Assembly: GCA_019347675.1 (NCBI GenBank)
Contig: JAHWKW010000011.1
Location: 5,198 to 69,197 of the forward strand
DNA from: Actinomycetota bacterium
GTDB lineage: Bacteria; Actinomycetota; Nitriliruptoria; Nitriliruptorales; JAHWKO01
Direction: 5' to 3'
DNA length: 64,000 bases
Part shown: piece after piece, positions 28,125-37,368 of the stretch
Layout of the letters: each line of letters opens with the position of its first letter
How positions within the stretch are numbered: position 1 is the stretch's first letter
Position numbers and translations under genes: made by a program
Notes under the pieces: generated by a model
Databases searched by the model: none
The model's input: the letters and a program-made list of their open reading frames with translations, nothing else
Told to the model about the DNA's origin: nothing

Positions 28125-29326
28125 CGGCGTCACGCATCAGGATCCTCGTCGCGGATGACCAGGTCTCGGTCCGAGCGGCGCTGATCGAGGTGCTGTTCGA
28201 CGACGGCGGCTTCGAGGTGGTGGCCGCCGTCGGGGACGCCGACGCTGCGGTTGCGGCCGCGCGCGACGAGCAGCCCGACATTGCGGTCCTCGACGTCCGC
28301 ATGCCTGGCTCAGGCGTGGCAGCGGCCGGCGGGATCCGGGCCGTCTCGCCTGACACACGGATGGTCGCGTTCTCGGCGCACCAGGACCGCCTCTCGATCA
28401 TGGAGATGCTCCGTGCCGGCGTGGTGGGCTACCTCGTCAAGGGGACACCCAACGATGAGATCCTCGCTGGCCTGCGCCGCGCGGCCGAAGGACTGGTGAT
28501 CCTTCCGCAGGAGGTCGCTGCGCAGTTCATGGACGAGTTCACCGCCCACGTGCAACAGAACCACCGTGCCAACCGGCTACGGCGGGAGAGGGAGCAGCGG
28601 ATCCGGCAGGTCCTGCTCAGCCGGAGGGTGGAGCTGGCCCTCCAGCCGATCTTCGACTTCAGAGCGCGGACCGTGGCCGGATACGAGGCGTTCGCCCGGT
28701 TCCCTCAGGAACCGCGACGCGGACCAGCCGCCTGGTTCGCCGAGGCGCGCTCCGTCGGGCTCCAACTGGACTTGGAGCTCCTCGCCGCCCGGGTGGCTAT
28801 CGCTGCCCAACCGAGGCTGCCGGATGGGACGTTCCTTGCCCTCAACGCCTCACCGAGTACCGCCGCCAACGACGCCTTCCACGCGGCTGTCCTTGGCGCC
28901 ACGCCGCAGCGCACGGTGGTGGAGATCACCGAGCGGACCCGTGTGTTCGACCAGGATCGTCTCAACCGTAACCTCGAGCCGCTGCGATCCGCGGGCGTCC
29001 GGATCGCGCTCGACGACGCAGGAGCGGGGTTCGCGAGCCTCCGCCACCTGGTCCAGCTGGGACCCGACATGATCAAGCTCGACGTCGCGCTGACGCGGGA
29101 GGTTCACAGCGACCGGGCCCGTCGGGCGCTGGCTCGGGCGATCGTCTCGTTCGCGGCGGAGACGGACGCATCGATCGTTGCGGAGGGGATCGAGCTGGGC
29201 GCCCAGCTGCGGACCTTGCACGACCTGGGGGTGGGCTACGGCCAGGGCAACCTGCTGGCCGCTCCTGCCGTGCTCGATGAGCTTCTGGCCGCTCACCCGA
29301 GCATGCCTCAGGTGCCGGGGGGGTGA
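28121..29326 (+). CDS. Response-regulator receiver fused to an EAL c-di-GMP phosphodiesterase
   Basis: The GTG start overlaps the upstream stop. REC domain (ILVADDQVSVR..IAVLDVRMPG). EAL domain (GYEAFARF, VVEITE, ALDDAGAGFASLRHL, IKLD, AEGIE, GYGQGN). Confidence 0.85.
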   Translation: MTASRIRILVADDQVSVRAALIEVLFDDGGFEVVAAVGDADAAVAAARDEQPDIAVLDVRMPGSGVAAAGGIRAVSPDTRMVAFSAHQDRLSIMEMLRAGVVGYLVKGTPNDEILAGLRRAAEGLVILPQEVAAQFMDEFTAHVQQNHRANRLRREREQRIRQVLLSRRVELALQPIFDFRARTVAGYEAFARFPQEPRRGPAAWFAEARSVGLQLDLELLAARVAIAAQPRLPDGTFLALNASPSTAANDAFHAAVLGATPQRTVVEITERTRVFDQDRLNRNLEPLRSAGVRIALDDAGAGFASLRHLVQLGPDMIKLDVALTREVHSDRARRALARAIVSFAAETDASIVAEGIELGAQLRTLHDLGVGYGQGNLLAAPAVLDELLAAHPSMPQVPGG

Positions 29327-29952
29327 ATGATCCCCTCTCGGACGGCCCGGGTCACCGCCTCGAGCTTCGAGTGCGCCTCAAGCTTCCTGAGGATGCTCTG
29401 GATGTGGTTGCGGACGGTGTTCACGCTGACGAAGAGCTGTTCGGCGATGTCCCGTGTCGAACGCCCCGCCGCCACGAGCCGCAGGACCTCCAGTTCACGT
29501 GGGCTCAAGGCCGCCGGACCGCGGCGGGTGGTGTGCAACCGCGGAAGCAGTCTCGCCAGCAGTGACGGGGGGATCGTGGCCTGTCCGGCGTGGGCGGCCC
29601 GGACGGCGGCCACGACATCCTCGGCCGCCATGTCCTTGGTGACGTAGCCGGAGCAGCCGGCCTCGACCGCAGCGGCCAGCACGGCGTCGTGGGCCGAGGC
29701 GGTCACCATGACGACCGACGTATCCGGCAGGTCACGTCTGATGTGGGCGGCGGCCTCGGCCCCGTCCCCGTCGGGCAGGCGGTAGTCCATCAGCACGACG
29801 TCGGGTCGGTGACGGATCGCCGCGATGCGCGTCTCCGCCACCGTCCGGACGTGTCCGACGACCTCGATGTCGTCCTCGGCCCCCAGGACCTCGGTCATGC
29901 CCTGGGCGACCATCACGTGGTCCTCGACGATCATCACCCGGATTATCCCCAT
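29308..29952 (-). CDS. NarL/LuxR-family response regulator
   Basis: REC domain (VMIVEDHVMV..VVLMDYRLPDGDG) plus a LuxR helix-turn-helix (LSPRELEVLRLVAAGRSTRDIAEQLFVSVNTVRNHIQSILRKL). Confidence 0.9.
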   Translation of the reverse strand: MGIIRVMIVEDHVMVAQGMTEVLGAEDDIEVVGHVRTVAETRIAAIRHRPDVVLMDYRLPDGDGAEAAAHIRRDLPDTSVVMVTASAHDAVLAAAVEAGCSGYVTKDMAAEDVVAAVRAAHAGQATIPPSLLARLLPRLHTTRRGPAALSPRELEVLRLVAAGRSTRDIAEQLFVSVNTVRNHIQSILRKLEAHSKLEAVTRAVREGIIHPPGT

Positions 29953-30159
29953 CGGCCCGGATCGTACCGATCCACGGCATCCGCCGGGCCGATCACGTGC
30001 GAACCCCTGTGTCCCGACGGCCCTCCCGGGACAGCGCCCGCCGTCGGTCCACCCCGGGCTAGTCCAACTTGCCTAGTCCCGGGTTGAGCAACGTGCGTCT
30101 GCCAGGGCCCGCTGCCAACGACGACCTCTCCGGTCGTACGCCCACAACCGGAGAGATCG

Positions 30160-31791
30160 ATGCAGACCACCACCGCCCCCACAACCGTCTCCACCAACGT
30201 CACCCCTCGCACGAAACTGATCCGTCGCCTGGGCCGCAGCGCCATCGTGGCGGCCGCGACGTCCACCACCATCGCGGTCGCCGCTGTGCCCGCGCTGGCG
30301 GCACCGACGATCGACCGCTGGACACCGCCCGCGCGCACGCACAACGCCGACTTCGTCACCACCGACGTGCCCTGGTCCGACGGGGTCGTCACCTCAGCGG
30401 TGATCCCGGCCGAACAGCTGCCGCTGAGCATGGTGGTGGAGAGCGAGGTCGCCGATCGCCTCGGCCTCGACCGGATCCGTCAGGGCATCGAAGGCTGGAA
30501 CGGCATCCCCGGCTCGCGCTTCGGCGCACGTGTCGCCGGCGTGGTGAACACCGGCGCGCGCAGCGCCCAGAACGACGGCGTGCACCGGGTGTTCGTCGAC
30601 GGCCGCTGCCAGGGCGACGAGTTGGCCTGGGGCTACCTCAACGGGATCCGCGCCGAACGTCGGTACGGGACCAACGGCAGCTACACGATCGACGGCGACA
30701 TCGGGGTCTGCTCACGCCTGCTGAACAGCCCGGACAAGACCGCGTCGACGCTCCGCCACGAGCTGGGTCACCTGCTGGGACTCGGCCACATCGACGCGTC
30801 CTGCCGGATCATGTCCGCCCGCCACGACTCGTGCGAGTCGATGACCGCAGGCGACCACAACGCTGTCCGCTACCTGTACTCGACCCTGCCGCGTCTGGCC
30901 GGACCCACCCGCACCGAGACGGCAGCCCGCACCGTGTACGCCACCCGCCCGGGTGCCAACGCTGTCGCGACCGTCGTCTTGGCCGACGGCTTCGGTGGGT
31001 CGGCCCTGCCGGTCGCCGCAGCCGCGTACGCAGGCGCGATCGACGCCCCGCTGCTGCTGGGCGACGCCAGCTGCACGTCAGGTTCCGTCGGGACGGAACT
31101 GCGCCGCGTGGCGCGGCCTGGAGCGACTGTCGCGCTGGTCGGTGCGGCCGTGGCCGGCTGCTCGACAGACGTGCGATCCCAGGGGTACAAGCCGGTCGTG
31201 CTCGGGGATGTCGCGGCGGTCGCTGACCAGCTGGCCGCCGCCCGCCGGTCCGACACCCTCTTCGTCGTCCGCGGTCCGTTGGGTGACGGCAACCTGCCCG
31301 ACGGTCTGACGGCCGCGGCCGCCGCCGGACGGCTCGGCGCACCGGTGCTGTTCACCAACGGTGGGCAGCTGGCGTCCGAGACCACGTCCTTCCTCAACCG
31401 GCATCCGCTGGTTCGGCGCGCGGTCATCGTCGGTGGCGAGCAAGCCGTGCCCCAGTCGGTGGTCGACGAGCTCAACCGGCGTGGCATCACCAGCACCCGC
31501 CACGGCGGTCAGGACCGGATCACCACCGCCCTGGCGGTCGCCGACATCCCCGGCGCCTTCGCACCGCGATCAGCCGTGGCCGTGGCCGCTACGGACAAGT
31601 GGGCCGACGCCATCTCGGGTTCCGCGATCGGCGCAGCGCGTGGCTGGCCAGTGCTGCTCACCCCACCACACGAGCTCGACGGGCGGGTGGCTGGCTTCCT
31701 CGCCCACAGGGCGACCGGCGGCTACATCCTGGGAGGCCACGCCGCCGTGTCGGACGCCGTCCACATCGGGGCCTCAGCCCAGGTCCGTTAG
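30160..31791 (+). CDS. Secreted metzincin-type zinc protease fused to cell-wall-binding repeats
   Basis: Signal peptide (IVAAATSTTIAVAAVPALAAP). Zinc site LRHELGHLLGLGH (HExxHxxGxxH). The C-terminal half has three CW_binding_2-like repeats (RLAGPTRTETAAR.., ..VLFTNGGQL.., RHGGQDRITTALAVA..GWPVLLT). Confidence 0.75.
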   Translation: MQTTTAPTTVSTNVTPRTKLIRRLGRSAIVAAATSTTIAVAAVPALAAPTIDRWTPPARTHNADFVTTDVPWSDGVVTSAVIPAEQLPLSMVVESEVADRLGLDRIRQGIEGWNGIPGSRFGARVAGVVNTGARSAQNDGVHRVFVDGRCQGDELAWGYLNGIRAERRYGTNGSYTIDGDIGVCSRLLNSPDKTASTLRHELGHLLGLGHIDASCRIMSARHDSCESMTAGDHNAVRYLYSTLPRLAGPTRTETAARTVYATRPGANAVATVVLADGFGGSALPVAAAAYAGAIDAPLLLGDASCTSGSVGTELRRVARPGATVALVGAAVAGCSTDVRSQGYKPVVLGDVAAVADQLAAARRSDTLFVVRGPLGDGNLPDGLTAAAAAGRLGAPVLFTNGGQLASETTSFLNRHPLVRRAVIVGGEQAVPQSVVDELNRRGITSTRHGGQDRITTALAVADIPGAFAPRSAVAVAATDKWADAISGSAIGAARGWPVLLTPPHELDGRVAGFLAHRATGGYILGGHAAVSDAVHIGASAQVR

Positions 31792-31812
31792 CTGAGGGGC
31801 ACGGACCTGAAG

Positions 31813-31855
31813 GTCGCGGGTGGGCCGATCGGCCCACCCGCGACCGCTTTTCGTC
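31813..31855 (+). terminator. Rho-independent terminator
   Basis: Perfect 32-nt palindrome gtcgcgggtgggccgatcggcccacccgcgac followed by cgcttttcgtc, 22 nt after the stop codon at 31791. Confidence 0.75.
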
Positions 31856-32073
31856 TCGTGGCGGCTGATCACGATAGGCATTTCGAGGCCACGCGGATGC
31901 GACCCGGCACTAGTCCGGACATGAGCTTCAAATTGGGTCCTGTGGGCCATCAAGAGCTTCGTGCCAGGCGGTCGACAACGAAGCTGTCCGCGATACGGGA
32001 AACCCGCCAGAGGTGGGGACGCAAAGCCAGGGAGCCCACGGGTCAGCCCGGCCACGAACGAAGAGGCAACGAC

Positions 32074-32496
32074 ATGCGTAACAAGACACGTTTCAACGGC
32101 CGTGTGCTGCTGGGTGCAGTGGCGATCACGGCGCTCCTGGGCGGGAGCGCGTTCACGGCCAGCAACACCATGCCGGCGTCCACCAAGGCGGGTACTGGCA
32201 GCGTGACGGCTTCCGGCTACACCGCCACCAAGATCGACTACACGCTCGACTCGACCGACCCCAGCCTGGTGTCGCAGGTCGACGTCAACGTCAGCGGGAC
32301 CGTGCCCACCACCAGCAACGCCAAGGTCCAGCTGGCCTCGGCAGGCAGCTGGTACGGCTGCACCATCGGCGCGCTCGTCAACCCCGACGGACTGGCCAAC
32401 AGCGGCGACGAGTACTCGCCGCTGACCTGTACCACCGCGGGAACCAAGACGTCGGTGTCTTCGACCCAGGACGTCAGCCTGGTCATCGTCGACTGA
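32074..32496 (+). CDS. Small secreted protein with SipW-type (alternate) signal peptide; TasA/camelysin-like candidate
   Basis: Start at ATG 32074. MRNKTRFNGRVLLGAVAITALLGGSAFTASNT resembles the signal peptides of SipW-dependent proteins. The mature part is Thr/Ser-rich beta-type sequence. It lies directly upstream of a SipW-type peptidase gene. Confidence 0.6.
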   Translation: MRNKTRFNGRVLLGAVAITALLGGSAFTASNTMPASTKAGTGSVTASGYTATKIDYTLDSTDPSLVSQVDVNVSGTVPTTSNAKVQLASAGSWYGCTIGALVNPDGLANSGDEYSPLTCTTAGTKTSVSSTQDVSLVIVD

Positions 32497-32599
32497 CGCC
32501 AGGTGACCTCCAGCTAGCAGCTGACCAAGCCGTGGCCCGGCCCGATGCGGGTCGGGGCCACCGCCCAGTATCGGGCCACCGCCCGGTCAAGGAGCGAAC

Positions 32600-34285
32600 A
32601 TGATGGGCATGCGGATGGGCGCCGGCGCGGTGGGTGCCGTGATCGTGGCCGCTGTGGCGTGGCTGCTGGTGGGCCCCCAACAGCTGGGTGGACCGATCGC
32701 GGTCGTGTCCACCTACGGCCACAGCATGGCCCCCACCTACCAGGCACACGACCTGGTGATCATCCGCCGCGCCGGCAACTACCGCGTCGGCGACGTGATC
32801 GCCTACCGCAGCGGCGAGCTGGACACCGTCGTGCTGCACCGCGTCATCGACCGCGACGGCGGCCGGTTCGTCACCCAAGGAGACAACAACGACTGGGTCG
32901 ACCACGACCGCCCCACCCGCGACGACATCCTCGGGAGGGCGTGGCTGTCGGTGCCCCAGGCCGGGCGTGTGCTCAACCTGCCCATTCCCGCCCGTCTCGC
33001 CGTGCCGTTGGTCCTCGCAGTCGGCGCCGGCGGCGTCGCCGGCCGTCGAGCCGGTCGTCGCACCGGTCGCAGACCGCAGCGACACCACTCCACCACCGCG
33101 CCGCTTCACAAGACCAGCCGCACGGACGCTTCGCACCGCGCCTGGGACGGGCGTCCCCGTCAGCTTGTGGCGATCGCAGCTGCAGGGCTGGTGGTGGCCG
33201 CAGCACTCGGAGCGGTGGCCTTCACCCGCCCCACCCGACAGCCGGGGACGGTGGCCTTCACCCACCATGCGACATTGGACTACACCGCCGTGACCCATCC
33301 CGGGCCGGTGTACCCCGACGGCAAGCTCCACACCGGCGACCCGATCTTCCTCCGCCTGATCGACGACGTGGCCCTGGCGTTCACATGGCGGCTCGACGGC
33401 CCCGCTGCCGCCGACATCACCGGCTCGGGTCAGCTCCTGGTCGAGATCACCGACGCCAGCGGCTGGCGCCGCACGTTGCCCGCCGGCAAGCGCACATCGT
33501 TCACCGGCACCCACGCCACCCTCGAGGGCCGGCTCGACCTGGCTGCGCTGCGGGCCCTGGCCGGGGAGGTCCACGCCGCCACGGGCATGGCGGGCGGCGG
33601 GCAACTGCTGGATGTGACGGCCGACCTGCAGCTCGACGGCACGCTCGCCGGGGCACCGCTGTCAACCAGGTTCGCTCCGACCGTCACCTTCCAACTCGAC
33701 GACCTGCGGATGGTGGTCGCCACACCGTCAAAGGCGTCCGGCGACGACCCTCAAACATCCGGCGGCGACGACGACACCACGCTGACCTTGTCCGACACCG
33801 GTTCGGTCACCGTCCCCGACCAACGTGCAACTCGGCTCGAGATCGCCGGCCGCGGCATCGCGGTGGGGGCCGCCCGCGTCGTCGCGGTCGCCGTGGCAGG
33901 GGCCGCGCTCACAGCGGCGGCGGCGGCCGCCCGGGCGGCGAGACGCGACCGCCAGCACACAGAATCCGACCGCATCCATGACCGCTACCGCCACCAGCTG
34001 CTGGACGTGGCCGGGATCGCCCCAGCGCAGGGCCGAACCCAGGTTGAGGTCACCACCATGGACGCGCTGGCTGCGCTCGCGCAGCATCTCGACCAGCCCG
34101 TCCTACACCTAGCCACCCGGGACGGCACCCACCTGTACCTGGTGGAAACCAGCGCGACGCGCTACCGCTACCGACCCCGCCACCCATCCCCCACCGCGGT
34201 CCCGTCCCACAGCCCCGCACCGGTCGCCGAGGCGCAACGACGTGGTGACGCCGGGCCCGACCACACGGCCGCACCACGGCGTTGA
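32600..34285 (+). CDS. Signal peptidase I (SipW/archaeal type) fused to a large C-terminal domain
   Basis: TM segment then S26B motifs: STYGHSMAPTY (catalytic Ser), DLVIIRR, VLHRVI (catalytic His) and TQGDNNDWVD. After it come two further TM segments and about 400 aa of unrecognised sequence. Confidence 0.8.
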   Translation: MMGMRMGAGAVGAVIVAAVAWLLVGPQQLGGPIAVVSTYGHSMAPTYQAHDLVIIRRAGNYRVGDVIAYRSGELDTVVLHRVIDRDGGRFVTQGDNNDWVDHDRPTRDDILGRAWLSVPQAGRVLNLPIPARLAVPLVLAVGAGGVAGRRAGRRTGRRPQRHHSTTAPLHKTSRTDASHRAWDGRPRQLVAIAAAGLVVAAALGAVAFTRPTRQPGTVAFTHHATLDYTAVTHPGPVYPDGKLHTGDPIFLRLIDDVALAFTWRLDGPAAADITGSGQLLVEITDASGWRRTLPAGKRTSFTGTHATLEGRLDLAALRALAGEVHAATGMAGGGQLLDVTADLQLDGTLAGAPLSTRFAPTVTFQLDDLRMVVATPSKASGDDPQTSGGDDDTTLTLSDTGSVTVPDQRATRLEIAGRGIAVGAARVVAVAVAGAALTAAAAAARAARRDRQHTESDRIHDRYRHQLLDVAGIAPAQGRTQVEVTTMDALAALAQHLDQPVLHLATRDGTHLYLVETSATRYRYRPRHPSPTAVPSHSPAPVAEAQRRGDAGPDHTAAPRR

Positions 34286-34456
34286 AGGTGCGTGGGTCGT
34301 CGACGCGACACCGCGCTTATCGGTTCATGGCGGGCTAGTCACGGCAGGCCATCTTCGGGCCCCCCCGTAACTCCCGCGCCCCGTTCGACGCATACACGAC
34401 TGTGAGTCACGGGCAACCATGCACCGTGGCCGAAGCCCAACGGGAGACGCACAACA

Positions 34457-35179
34457 ATGCTCGAGACACTCTTCAGTGCGCTGAGCGCCAAGGTCGTTGC
34501 CGGTGCGGTCAGCGCCGTGACCGCAGCCGGCCTGGTCGCAGGCGCCACCGGACAGCTCCCCGACGCCGTGCAGGACGGACTGAACGAAGCCGCTGCGCGC
34601 ATCGGGATCTCGGTCCCCGCCGGCAGCCAGGACGAGCCGGTGACCACCACCACCGAAGAGCTCAAGCCTGACACGGTCGGCACCGAAGAGCTCGACAGCA
34701 AGGAACCCGTCCGCGATCAGCAGGTGAGCGGCGAGCGCGTCCGCGAGGAGGGCGAGCGCAGCAGCACCGCTGAGGCCGTGCGTTCGGTGATCGACGAGCA
34801 CCACGGCGAGCCGGGCGAGTTCGGCAAGTCGCAGTCGCAGTCCGATGACCCCAGCGAGTTCGGTCGTGCGGTGTCCGACACCGCGTCCGACGGTCGGGCG
34901 TCGGCAGGCCGCGACGCCGGTACCCGCGGCACCACGGTCGCCGACGACAAGGGCCGCCAGGAGCGGCCCGCCGCGGCCAACCAGGCCAGCGACGCGCGCC
35001 CGCAGGACCCGCCGGCGGACGTCCCCGCCAACGAGGCCAGCGACGCCCACCGCCCGCAGAACCCGCCGGCGGACGTCCCCGCCAACGAGGCCAGCGACGC
35101 CCACCGCCCGGACAACCCCCGCGCGGATGCCGGTCAGGGCAAGCGCCCCGACAGCGTGGAGCCCCCCGCCCGCCCGTAA
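34457..35179 (+). CDS. Hypothetical secreted/anchored, low-complexity acidic protein
   Basis: N-terminal hydrophobic segment (VVAGAVSAVTAAGLVAGA), then disordered D/E/P/S-rich sequence. It includes an exact-type 54-bp tandem duplication at 34997-35104 encoding RPQ(D/N)PPADVPANEASDAH twice. Confidence 0.5.
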   Translation: MLETLFSALSAKVVAGAVSAVTAAGLVAGATGQLPDAVQDGLNEAAARIGISVPAGSQDEPVTTTTEELKPDTVGTEELDSKEPVRDQQVSGERVREEGERSSTAEAVRSVIDEHHGEPGEFGKSQSQSDDPSEFGRAVSDTASDGRASAGRDAGTRGTTVADDKGRQERPAAANQASDARPQDPPADVPANEASDAHRPQNPPADVPANEASDAHRPDNPRADAGQGKRPDSVEPPARP

Positions 35180-35275
35180 CCGACGCGCGGCAGGATCCCA
35201 GCCGTCCCGTCGGCCGGACCCCGGACGACTCGTCCGGGGTCCGTCCTATACCGGTGGGGTGGCCGGACGGAAGCG

Positions 35276-36007
35276 CTAGGCGGTCACGATCCGCGCGGCG
35301 TCACGGACGAGGCCGACGAACGCGGCCACGGCGACCGCGACGATGACGGTTCGACCGCTGATCATCACGGCCTGGCCCCCGAGCCAGGCAGGGCGGCGCC
35401 CGGCCGCCAGCGTGCCGAAGATCGCGAGGAGGACGGCCACGGCCGCCACGACCGTGAGCCCAGGGCCGCCGAGACCGACCATCACGGTGACCATCGCCAG
35501 CCCCGACCAGCCCACCAGTGCCGCGCCGACCGCCAGGACCCTCGGCAAACGCAGTCGTGCGAGCCACTCCACCGCGCCAGGGAGGACCAGCGCGAACGGC
35601 ACCGGCAGCATCGCGAACATCGCGACGTTCAGCAGGCGAGGCTCCAGCTCGGTGAAGTCACGGTTGTTGGGGTCGATGAGCAGGCCGCCGACCAGCGCCA
35701 CCAGCAACCCCGCGAATGCCAGCCTTCGTCGCCAGCCGCTCCGCGGCAGCCAGTGGCCCACAAGCAGGTACACCAGCGCGCTGACGAGGCCGAAGGCACC
35801 TCCGGCCAACACCAGGAAGCCGGTTCCCTCCACCGTCAGCGCTCCGATCACGTAGCCGTTCTCGGTGAGGCGGCCACGGACGGTGGGGCCGGCCGCGAGC
35901 GTGGAGATGCGCATCGCCAGCCGCAGGCCCAAGCCGTCGGTCAGCATGCCGACGACGATGCCGGACATCCCCGTGGCGAAGATCCGCTCGCCACCGCGGA
36001 CGAGCAA
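35276..36007 (-). CDS. Hypothetical polytopic membrane protein
   Basis: 243 aa with about 6-7 predicted TM helices. I recognised no family motif. Confidence 0.55.
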   Translation of the reverse strand: MLVRGGERIFATGMSGIVVGMLTDGLGLRLAMRISTLAAGPTVRGRLTENGYVIGALTVEGTGFLVLAGGAFGLVSALVYLLVGHWLPRSGWRRRLAFAGLLVALVGGLLIDPNNRDFTELEPRLLNVAMFAMLPVPFALVLPGAVEWLARLRLPRVLAVGAALVGWSGLAMVTVMVGLGGPGLTVVAAVAVLLAIFGTLAAGRRPAWLGGQAVMISGRTVIVAVAVAAFVGLVRDAARIVTA

Positions 36008-36096
36008 GGTCCCGGCGGGTCCTGGGGTTGGGTGCTGCCGCGATCGACGTCACGGGCACTCCTTCTTCACGTCGTCACTGGTGGGATATGACACCT

Positions 36097-36590
36097 CTAC
36101 CGAGACCGTGAGTCGTTCACCCATGAACGCGGGTCACGCAGCAGCCAGACGTCGGCCACGTAGCCCGACAGCAGCAGGACGGCGCCGTCCGCGCGATGCG
36201 TCCCCGGATCCATGCGATCGCGCCGAGTCCCACGGTGCTGGCTGCAGCGAGGGTGACATCGTCGGCGGCGAGCGGTCGGGCGAGTGCCGCGACGCCGAGG
36301 GCTGCCGTGGCGTTGTCGATCACCGATCCCAGGATACCCGCGGCGGCGAGTTCGGGAATCCCGCGACGTAACGCTGCGGGGATGAGCGCGACGGACTCCG
36401 AGGCGGTGGCGAGCGCCACGACCGTCAGGCTGGCGACCGACCCGCCGACGCCGGCCGAGATCACGAGCCGCTCCGCTCCGAGGACGGCCAGCACCACCAA
36501 GGCTGCGGCGCTGGCGGCCAGGGCCGCAGCGGCGTAGCTGCTAGCAGCAGCCCGACCGCGATCGTCCACTCCGTCAGCCACGCCTTGCAT
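36097..36590 (-). pseudogene. Ca2+/cation antiporter (CaCA)-like half-gene with a C-terminal frameshift
   Basis: One CaCA alpha-repeat-like motif (ATASESVALIPAALRRGIPELAAAGILGSVIDNATAALG). The track ORF ends in a Cys-rich tail that does not look like a protein (SCCCRATWPTSGCC). Shifting frame near 36180 instead gives a typical CaCA C-terminus (RADGAVLLLSGYVADVWLLRD) ending at TAG 36097-36099. There is no N-terminal half. Confidence 0.5.
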
Positions 36591-36711
36591 CCCCTCGACT
36601 CGCCCGGATTCACCCCGGTTGGAATATGAGACCTCTGCCAGTCAAGGCCGGCGTACTGTTAGCCCGAACCGGGTGGGCGATAGACCGTGCCCAACGACGA
36701 CGAGGAGCAGC

Positions 36712-37368
36712 GTGACCGACGTGCGCGATGCCGCCTCGCTCGGCATCGATGACCAGCGCCGACTGCATCAGCGGGCCTCGCGTCTGCAGTGGTTCCTCGT
36801 CGTCTACAACGTGGTCGAGGGAGCGGTCGCGGTCACCGCCGGCATCCTCGCTGGCAGCGTCGCCCTGATCGGGTTCGGGGTCGACTCCGCCATCGAGGTC
36901 ATCGCCGACGGCGCGGTGGCGTTGCGCCTGCGCCGGGCGGGCGTCGAAGCCAGCGACGAGGCCCGCGAACGTGCCGAACGGCAGGCGCTGCGGGTCGTGG
37001 CCATCACGTTCTTCGCGCTGGCCGTCTACATCGCCGTGGAAGCCGGCAGCACCCTGCTCAACGGCGAGGAGCCCGAGACCTCGGTCGTCGGGCTCGTCCT
37101 GTCAGTGCTGTCGCTGCTGATCATGCCCGCCACCGCGCTCGCCCAGCACCGCACCGGCCGACGTCTGGGCAGCCGCGCGGTGCTCGCCGCCGCCGTCGAG
37201 ACCTGGGTGTGCGCCTACCTGTCCCTGGCACTGCTCGTCGGCATCGGGCTGCACTTCGCGTTCGGCTGGGCGTGGGCCGACCCCGTCGCGGCCCTGGCGA
37301 TGCTGCCGGTCGTGATCTGGCAGGGCTTCGAGACCCTGGAAGAGGCCCGCGACAACGACGACGGCTAA
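36712..37368 (+). CDS. Cation-efflux (CDF-like) membrane protein
   Basis: Start at GTG 36712, preceded by a GAGGAG ribosome-binding site. It has 5-6 TM helices and CDF-like motifs (FLVVYNVVEGAVAVTAGILAGSVALIGFGVDSAIE, AVETWVCAYLS). Confidence 0.7.
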   Translation: MTDVRDAASLGIDDQRRLHQRASRLQWFLVVYNVVEGAVAVTAGILAGSVALIGFGVDSAIEVIADGAVALRLRRAGVEASDEARERAERQALRVVAITFFALAVYIAVEAGSTLLNGEEPETSVVGLVLSVLSLLIMPATALAQHRTGRRLGSRAVLAAAVETWVCAYLSLALLVGIGLHFAFGWAWADPVAALAMLPVVIWQGFETLEEARDNDDG

